Made by a program: the position numbers and the translations under genes. Under the pieces are notes generated by a model. It ran no database searches, was not told the origin of the DNA, and was given only the letters and a program-made list of their open reading frames with translations. DNA of 64,000 bases from Eledone cirrhosa (taxonomy: Eukaryota): NCBI GenBank assembly GCA_964016885.1, contig OZ024742.1:378758001-378822000 (forward strand), given 5' to 3'. Numbering within the stretch: the stretch's first letter is position 1; every line of letters begins with the position of its first letter. Positions 56,198 through 64,000 of the stretch are shown one piece after another.

Positions 56198-56465
56198 ACA
56201 CACACACACACACACATACATACATACACACACATGCTTACGCACATGCGCAAGTTTAGCTCCTTTTACAAAACGTTTTTTTTTTCCATTCCAGGTAGAC
56301 GCGCTCCATCATCCACTTTTCTAAAAATTAAATCATACACAAAACGCCAGCACCAACAGTTTTGCAAGAGATGTCAGCATGAATGCACCTGTTATATTTA
56401 TCTAAAGACATTTTTTTCCAATTCCAGCCAGCCCGTCCCCTCAATCTATCTTACTTCCCATTCTT

Positions 56466-56501
56466 TCTTCCGACGAAGGACTAGCGTCCGAAACGTTAAG
56501 A
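56466..56501 (+). ncRNA. Hammerhead-like motif, atypical core, in a probable PLE pLTR remnant
   Basis: tctt CCGACGAA ggac tagc gtcc GAAA C GTT aaga. Stems I and II pair; stem III forms only via the AACGTT palindrome. Confidence 0.5.
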
Positions 56502-56593
56502 CCCTCTTCCTGCTATTTCAAACGTTAACCTAATATATCCCTTCCATATACTGTACCGATTGTATTGTTATTTTAGTTTACCTTTTACATACA

Positions 56594-56634
<41 letters not shown>

Positions 56635-57337
56635 AGAGGAAAATGCGAAGTTGTAGATGTGAAAGCGTTTATTAATTGAGCCGTTATACATATTTCCATG
56701 ACGATAGATTGAGTAAAGGGTAACGTTTCCGAGGCGGAAATGGGTGGAAGAGCGTGGACTAAAAATGATGAATGTTTCTGCTTTGGTTGTCCACAAAGGT
56801 GTCAGAGCATTTGTCGGGGCTTGGAATAATTCGCTGTGAAAGAGCCTACACCCTCGGGGACAGTATCCGAGGCACCTGAGAAAGCGAATCATGACATCTG
56901 GCTCAACAGAGGCAGTTGGTGCGCCTGACTGGTTGAGATGGATTAAGTTCTCTGACAGAGAATCACATCAGACCCTTTAATTTTCTGCTGTTCTGAAGGT
57001 TAGGCGGAGAAATCTGGCACTGGCTCGCAACATTAGAGACATTAAATTTTGTGCAGGAGTTTCATCGCCTACATGATTGAGTGGTTGTGAGTAGCTCTGG
57101 TGTTGCTGTAGCATGGGCTGAAACAGCTACAAAGTTACTTCACTAGCTGAATCGAAGTACACAAATGTCTTTACCAAGTACATGTAGATAGAAATAGCTA
57201 TGGAAACTGTAGATGGTCGTATGTTTTGATTTATGGTGCCAATTAAATGTGAGGGCAACAAATTGAAGATCCCACCAGAAACTCTGGTAACGTGTGAAAG
57301 TGATTATAACTCGCTGTAAGAATGATTCTAAATGATA

Positions 57338-57380
<43 letters not shown>

Positions 57381-57452
57381 AAGAAAAAGAGATGAAATCG
57401 AAAATGCAACTGAAGTCTTATTTTTTTTTAAAATATATATATTTATTTGGTT

Positions 57453-57490
57453 CCTTTACCGGTTTCGCAGTTCTTCTGCTTTTCAAAAGG
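57453..57490 (-). ncRNA. Minimal hammerhead, U3-A8 variant (inverted-arm copy)
   Basis: Reverse complement of 63139-63176. Confidence 0.7.
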
Positions 57491-58014
57491 TGAGTTGAGA
57501 TGGAGGGTCTGTGGTTTTTCTCACATCTGGTTGGTCTCTGAATGTTACTTGTTTTATATGGAAAAAGTGGCTCGAAATTCCAGGTTTTTCGAGAAGTAAT
57601 TTGATTGGTTTGTCAATAATTATAATAAATTTCGCGCCAGTTCGCGTTACAATAGTTCTTCAAATAAGAGAGGGGGGGGGGGGGGGTTGTCAGAGGTTGT
57701 TTTTTCATATATGAGTGTTTGAATTTCTTTTTACTTGAAAAAAGGAGGCTCACGAAGGCTTTTTTTTGGTTGGTTATAAATGAAATTTGGCTGTCACGTG
57801 AACAAGTTTTTATTACATTTTTGCGCCCTTATTTGGAAAACTATTCTGTAGTCTTTATAGTAAATTGTTATGACAATGGAGAGATAGTGGTCAAGAGAAA
57901 GGGGATTGGGAGAAATGTTCTGGTTCAGTGAATATGGCCAGCTCGCCGGGGTGTCAGAGTTCAGATTTTCTATTGAGACTGAAGATATGTATGTTTATTT
58001 GTGTGCTTGTGTGT

Positions 58015-58101
<87 letters not shown>

Positions 58102-58586
58102 GGAAGATGATTCTATTAGTAGAGATTGGGGAGGGAGTTGTGTGTGTGTGTATATGGGTGTTATGTGTGTGTGTGCGAGTATGTTAAGATGGAGAGAATA
58201 TATATTTTGTGTGTGTGTATATATATATGTGTGTAGGAAAGTGGTTCTATTAGTAGAAATGGGGAGGGAGTTGTAGGTGTGGGGGTTGTTATGTGTGTGT
58301 ATGGGTGTTATGTGTGTGGGAGTATGGTTAGCATGTTAAGATGAAGAGAATATATATATATATATATATATATATTGTGTGTGTGTGTATGTGTGTGTGT
58401 AGGAAAGTTATTCCTTTAGTAGGAATATTTTTGAATGAACATATTTTCCTTACTTTTTCGTGTTTGCTGTTGTATTGCCAGTGCAAACGTATGTTAAGGT
58501 TTATTTAGTTCGGGTTTTTATTTTCTAAAGTAGAAGGTGTTATGTGTGTGTGTGTATGTCATATTGTGGTGTTGACATAATGTATA

Positions 58587-58889
58587 TTAAACCTTATTTA
58601 ATGTTGGTCTATATTTTTGAATAAACATATTTTCCTTATTTATTCGCATTTGTTCTGTTGTATTGTTAGCGCAAAGGTAAAATGGGAAGACTTGGAATGT
58701 GGGTGTCTTATTACTTGCGCAAATGTCTAGATGTGCACTTAGTGGTATCTGTCTCGTGGTTGGATCTCGTAATTGTTGGCGATGAACTGTCATTCTGTTT
58801 CTGAGTGTGAGTTTAGTTTGTCCTATATAATCTTCATTGCATCCTTTACATTTAATGGCATAAATTAGATTTTTTGATGAGCAAGTGAA
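58587..58889 (-). pseudogene. Inverted duplicate of the GIY-YIG C-terminus within the PLE arm
   Basis: Translation identical to the last ~100 aa of the 59790-62060 ORF. Confidence 0.9.
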
Positions 58890-59823
58890 AAACACCCTAA
58901 TCAACATATGGACTCAAAAGCTCACAGCCCGCAAATTCGCCCTTTGGAATCTCCTAAAAAATAATGGCAAGGCAGACATATATGAAAAGTGGCTAAACTC
59001 TACCCCAATCATCCTCCCCAAAAAACTCAAAATAAAACCCATCCCAAATGAACCAGAAAACCAACAAAGACTTAGGGAAAAGATGGCATTGGAAAAATTT
59101 TAAACAGAAATAGAACTGTTGCGATTAAGAGCCAACTCCAACGAAGAAAAATTCAAGTCACTCGACCAACAGATGGACACAGAAATCTCAAAGCACTCTG
59201 AAGGCCTACTCTACAAAAAAACCCTAAAACTTTGGAAAGAAAACTGTGAGGATGAAGAACTAACATCCCTCCAGCGATGGGAAAAAAACGCCATCTGGTT
59301 CAACAACTACGAAATGGACTTCAAAAATGAACAACATACAGGTAACCCATTTTTAAAACAAACTAAAACTCACACACCACATGCACAACAAATAACAAAA
59401 AAAGTAACAAAACGTCCAACATACCCCCAGCAAAACTATAACGATAATCCCAGAAACCATAGACAAAACTATAACCCTACTAACAAAAACCAAAGATCCC
59501 CGAACACGAGGCAGGACCTGATCCGCAGATCACAACCCACACAAAACCTATTCCAAAACCGTAGACCCCTGCCCACACAGAGCCTGTTCCAAAACCGTAG
59601 ATCCCAACCCACACAAAGGAACCAAATCTACAACCCGGACTATCAACAAACCGAACCTCAATACGTCCGAAACTTATATACAAGACCACACAACAACAGG
59701 GGAAATACCATTAGATATAATAATACCAATGAAAAAACATTCCAGAAAAATCATTTTTTAGACCAAGGCTACAGGACTCACGACACTCGGTGGCACAAAC
59801 CGATTTTGAAAAACCGAAAATAA
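58890..59823 (+). CDS. PLE upstream ORF (5'-truncated, one in-frame TAA at 59101): charged helical region followed by a Q/N/R/P-rich low-complexity region
   Basis: ORF-track 58885-59103 and 59119-59823 share a frame. The ORF overlaps the RT ORF, which is in the -1 frame. Confidence 0.65.
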
Positions 59824-62060
59824 TTAACATTTCAAATACAAACCTCTCAGCCCAACAAGTAAAAATTCTCTCCAAAGGTCTGAAATTCACACCAACACCA
59901 CAATACCCTAACCCCAACGAGATAAATGACGATATCTCACACTTCTATAGAAAATTACGTCTCACAGAGGAATTCTTTGACAAGGAGAATAACGACGAAT
60001 CAATTGTACGGAATAAAAGCAGCTACAACCCAACAAAAGGTAGAAACAGAGTTCTGGACAAATGTTGTGACCACATAGCTACCTTCCCATACCATGAACT
60101 ACCGCAACCTAAACCCAAACCCAACACAAGTCGAAGGGAATGGGAGATTATCCATGAACTAAAAAACAATACGGACATTGTAATTAAGGAAGCGGACAAG
60201 GGAAGTACTGTTGTCATTATGGAGGCTGAAAAATATAAAAATTCTATGTTCTCTCTCTTACAAAATACTAATTACTATGAAAGAGTAAAAAACTACCAGC
60301 AATCAAAAATAATGACCAAATTAAACACATTGATTTATCGATATCAGGAAGACCTAACTAAAAAGGAACGCGATTATTTAACAAATTTTGAATACAAAAC
60401 CAGCAACCCTTACGGACTTCCGAAGATCCACAAATCTAAAATAATCAACGATGCCTGTAAACAATCCACCTCAGCCTGCGTGAACACACAATACCCCACA
60501 GACCTTAAATTAAGACCAATTGTAGCGGGCCCACAATGTGAAACACACAGATTGAGCAACTTTATAGACATACTACTGAAACCAATACTGAAACACATAC
60601 CAAGCCTTGTAAGAGACGATCTGGATCTCTTAAACCACCTCCCAAAACATGTCAACAACGACACTATTATTGTGTCTTTCGATGTAGTGAATCTCTACAC
60701 AACGATCCCACACCAATACGGACTAGAAGCAATAGGATTCTGGCTAGAGAAATATCCCAATGAGATACCTGACAGAATAGAAAAAAGCTTCATCACCGAG
60801 GGATTAAAATTCATCCTACAGAACAACTTTTTTGATTGCGATGGCAATACTTACAAGCAAATATCGGGGACTGCGATGGGCACAAAAGCCGCTCCAACTT
60901 ATGCCAACTTAGTCATGGCATACTTAGAAGTCCAGATATATGAACAGTCCAAATCAAAATACGGATTGAACTTCCACAAATATTTATCAGAGAATTGGAA
61001 ACGCTACTTGGATGATTGCCTCATTCTTTGGTCCCACACACTCGACCAACTGAAGGATTTCAAAAACTTAATACACGGCATCAATAACCACATCCAATTC
61101 ACAATGGAATACAGCCAAGATCAACTCCCATTTCTGGACATCTTAATCACAAAAAAAGACACAAATATCGAAACTGACATACACTACAAACCAACAGATT
61201 CCAAACAATATCTGCTATTCACCTCCAACCATCCAAAGCACACGAAGACGAACATTCCTTTTAACCTAGCAAGAAGAATTTGCACAATTGTCTCCAATTA
61301 TGAAACGCGAAATAAAAGACTTCAAGAATTAAAGGAAATTCTACTTGAGAGAGAGTACCCACTATTACTAATAAATAATGGAATAGAAAGGGCTAAAGCA
61401 ATAGGCATTGATGAATTACGAAAACAGAAACAAATTCAAGGTACGTCCAATATTCTATCATATATCTCAACACACAACCCAAGAAATGCGGAAGCTTACA
61501 ACACTATTCACAATAACATCCCACTACTAAAACAAAACCCAAGAAGGAAAAAAGCCCTTGAAACACACAAAATAATCAAAAGCAAAAGACAACCAAAATC
61601 ACTGAAAACATTACTCACCAATGCCAAATTACCTACCACAAACCCACAACCAAGTATCAAAAAATGTGGTCGCTCTAATTGTGGAACCTGCACTCACCTC
61701 ATTGAAGGCAACATGTATACATTTAAATCAGGACAAAATTTTACTGTAAAAAATCACTTCACTTGCTCATCAAAAAATCTAATTTATGCCATTAAATGTA
61801 AAGGATGCAATGAAGATTATATAGGACAAACTAAACTCACACTCAGAAACAGAATGACAGTTCATCGCCAACAATTACGAGATCCAACCACGAGACAGAT
61901 ACCACTAAGTGCACATCTAGACATTTGCGCAAGTAATAAGACACCCACATTCCAAGTCTTCCCATTTTACCTTTGCGCTAACAATACAACAGAACAAATG
62001 CGAATAAATAAGGAAAATATGTTTATTCAAAAATATAGACCAACATTAAATAAGGTTTAA
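59733..62060 (+). CDS. PLE reverse transcriptase + GIY-YIG endonuclease (open frame; ORF-track start is GTG 59790)
   Basis: LSKGLKF, IKEADKGS, YGLPKIHK, RPIV, SFDVVNLYT, GTAMG, RYLDD, LPFLD; linker CGRSNCGTC; NLIYAIKCKGC..YIGQT...R..H...H...E...LN. Confidence 0.97.
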   Translation, partial: KNIPEKSFFRPRLQDSRHSVAQTDFEKPKIINISNTNLSAQQVKILSKGLKFTPTPQYPNPNEINDDISHFYRKLRLTEEFFDKENNDESIVRNKSSYNPTKGRNRVLDKCCDHIATFPYHELPQPKPKPNTSRREWEIIHELKNNTDIVIKEADKGSTVVIMEAEKYKNSMFSLLQNTNYYERVKNYQQSKIMTKLNTLIYRYQEDLTKKERDYLTNFEYKTSNPYGLPKIHKSKIINDACKQSTSACVNTQYPTDLKLRPIVAGPQCETHRLSNFIDILLKPILKHIPSLVRDDLDLLNHLPKHVNNDTIIVSFDVVNLYTTIPHQYGLEAIGFWLEKYPNEIPDRIEKSFITEGLKFILQNNFFDCDGNTYKQISGTAMGTKAAPTYANLVMAYLEVQIYEQSKSKYGLNFHKYLSENWKRYLDDCLILWSHTLDQLKDFKNLIHGINNHIQFTMEYSQDQLPFLDILITKKDTNIETDIHYKPTDSKQYLLFTSNHPKHTKTNIPFNLARRICTIVSNYETRNKRLQELKEILLEREYPLLLINNGIERAKAIGIDELRKQKQIQGTSNILSYISTHNPRNAEAYNTIHNNIPLLKQNPRRKKALETHKIIKSKRQPKSLKTLLTNAKLPTTNPQPSIKKCGRSNCGTCTHLIEGNMYTFKSGQNFTVKNHFTCSSKNLIYAIKCKGCNEDYIGQTKLTLRNRMTVHRQQLRDPTTRQIPLSAHLDICASNKTPTFQVFPFYLCANNTTEQMRINKENMFIQKYRPTLNKV

Positions 62061-62268
62061 TATACATTATGTCAACACCACAATATGACATACACACACA
62101 CACATAACACCTTCTACTTTAGAAAATAAAAACCTGAACTAAATAAACCTTAACATACGTTTGCACTGGCAATACAACAGCAAACACGAAAAAGTAAGGA
62201 AAATATGTTCATTCAAAAATATTCCTACTAAAAGAATCACTTTCCTACACACACACATAGACACACAC

Positions 62269-62311
<43 letters not shown>

Positions 62312-62561
62312 TCTTCATCTTAACATGCTAACCATACTCCCACACACATAACACCCATACACACACATAACAACCCCCACACCTACAACTCCCTCCCCAT
62401 TTCTACTAATAGAACCACTTTCCTACACACATATATATATACACACACACAAAATATATATTCTCTCCATCTTAACATACTCGCACACACACACATAACA
62501 CCCATATACACACACACACAACTCCCTCCCCAATCTCTACTAATAGAATCATCTTCCAATA

Positions 62562-62630
<69 letters not shown>

Positions 62631-63138
62631 GCACACAAATAAACATACATATCTTCAGTCTCAATAGAAAATCTGAACTCTGACACCCCGGCGAGCTGGC
62701 CATATTCACTGAACCAGAACATTTCTGCCAATCCCTTTATCTTGACCACTATCTCTCCATTGTCTTAACATTCACTATAAAGACTACAAATAGTTTTCCA
62801 AATAAGGGCGCAAAAATGTAATAAAAACTTGTTCACGTGACAGCCAAATTTCATTTATAACCAACCCCAAAAAAGCCTTCGTGAGCCTCCTTTTTTCAAG
62901 TAAATAGAAATTCAAACACTCATATATGAAAAAACAACCTCTGACAACCCCCCCCCCTCTCTTATTTGAAGAACTATTGTAACGCGAACTGGCGCGAAAT
63001 TTATTATAATTATTGACAAACCAATCAAATTACTTCTCGAAAAACCTGGAATTTCGAGCCACTTTTTCCATATAAAACAAGTAACATTCAGAGACCAACC
63101 AGATGTGAGAAAAACCACAGACCCTCCATCTCAACTCA

Positions 63139-63176
63139 CCTTTTGAAAAGCAGAAGAACTGCGAAACCGGTAAAGG
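63139..63176 (+). ncRNA. Minimal hammerhead ribozyme, U3-A8 core variant, in PLE 3' pLTR
   Basis: cctt TTGAAAA gcag aagaa ctgc GAAA ccgG TA aagg. Stem I 4 bp, stem II 4 bp, palindromic ACCGGT at stem III. Confidence 0.75.
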
Positions 63177-63303
63177 AACCAAATATATATATTTTTTTTA
63201 AAAATAAGACTTCAGTTGCATTTTGGATTTCATCTCTTTTTCTTTATACTTTCACTCGTGTAGGACACCTCGGTTATTTTTCATTTTGTAAAAAAAACCT
63301 CAC

Positions 63304-63350
<47 letters not shown>

Positions 63351-63352
<2 letters not shown>

Positions 63353-64000
63353 AACCAGTAAGACCCCGACAGCTGAGCTCAAGCCGTTTCGACGGCTAAT
63401 TCTGGACTAAATGAAAATTTATCCTGGTATTTAAATAGCCGATCTTCTCAAGGGGTAATTCCAGATATGGTCAAAGTGATTGTCAAAAATCAGTAGTAAT
63501 TCTGTGGTTGCAAATTAGTAGGGGAGATGGTGGCTAAACCTGCCAGTAGGAGAAAGAGGGTAGGGGGTGGAGTAGACCCAATCAAGCGTTGGTAGTGCCA
63601 GCTACAGCTGGGCATGAGGTCAAAGAAGATACAGGGGAGGGGGAGGGGGAGGAAGTCGGAACGGTAGGTAGAACAATGGGGGGTAGAAATATATAGGAAA
63701 GAAAAAAAATACTGAGAGTGAAGAAAAGCAAATAAGTGTAAAGAAAAAAGTAAAGTAAATTAAATTCTACGACCTAGGTCTCAGGCTATTGTTAGGCTAG
63801 AATAAAATAAAGAAAGAAAGAAAGAAAGAAGTAAAGAAAGAAATAAATAAAGAAATAACGAAATAAGTAAAAGAACTAGGTGGGACGAAATAGGCAAGGA
63901 CCCTTTTAAGAGGTATAAGTACGTAAATGATACGGTGACGGGTCAACAAAAGAGGCCAAAATACTAAAGAGACAATAATGTACGAGATAATGATACTGAG
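63351..64000 (-). mobile_element. Inverted pLTR arm of a family-B PLE continuing past the window
   Basis: Begins at (TA)n, is homologous to the starts of the 50543 and 51602 inserts, and holds a full hammerhead motif. Confidence 0.65.
63363..63456 (-). ncRNA. Extended type-I hammerhead ribozyme, U3-A8 core variant
   Basis: Minus strand: acccc TTGAGAA gatcggctattt...aattagccgtc GAAA cggct tgagctc agctg TC ggggt. Stem I 5 bp, long stem II, stem III 6 bp, GUC site. Confidence 0.8.

Larger units (their letters stand above)
57377..63310 (+). mobile_element. Penelope-like retroelement (Neptune-like) with 1.5-kb inverted pLTR arms, inserted in (TA)n
   Basis: Arm 57377-58889 is the reverse complement of 61758-63248; 62-nt unpaired 3' tail; RT + GIY-YIG ORF; (TA)n on both flanks. 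Confidence 0.95.

Noticed and set aside
56630-57340. Possible degraded GIY-YIG/PLE remnant between TA runs
   Set aside because: Only faint motif hints; no ORF, inverted repeat or complete ribozyme that I could support.
57377-63248. DNA transposon or Polinton with long TIRs
   Set aside because: The arms duplicate the ORF's own 3' end, there is an asymmetric tail, and the protein is RT + GIY-YIG; this fits an inverted-pLTR PLE.

Overview
Eukaryotic, AT-rich, repeat-dominated DNA. The SINE types and microsatellite load look cephalopod/Octopus-like (inference). No bacterial genes, CRISPR array or rRNA. Half the window is one ~32-kb satellite (20/19-bp unit) with kb-scale higher-order duplications, alongside 16-bp and 27/28-bp satellites. 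Other content: a decayed Gypsy element (RNase H-integrase plus 3' LTR), RTE-like and CRE-like LINE remnants, tRNA-derived SINEs and a TTAA MITE. The main signal is a set of (TA)n-targeted Penelope-like elements (PLEs). One near-intact Neptune-like PLE (57377-63310) has RT + GIY-YIG, 1.5-kb inverted arms, and an upstream ORF apparently joined to the RT ORF by a T-TTT-TTA -1 frameshift site; the RT ORF has no early AUG. About eight tiny fold-back or remnant inserts of several sequence families also sit in (TA)n. They carry hammerhead ribozyme motifs, including U3-A8 core variants, and most fold back in or next to the ribozyme. Nearly all ORF-track entries are satellite or microsatellite artefacts. 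All calls were made by eye; no searches or folding were run.
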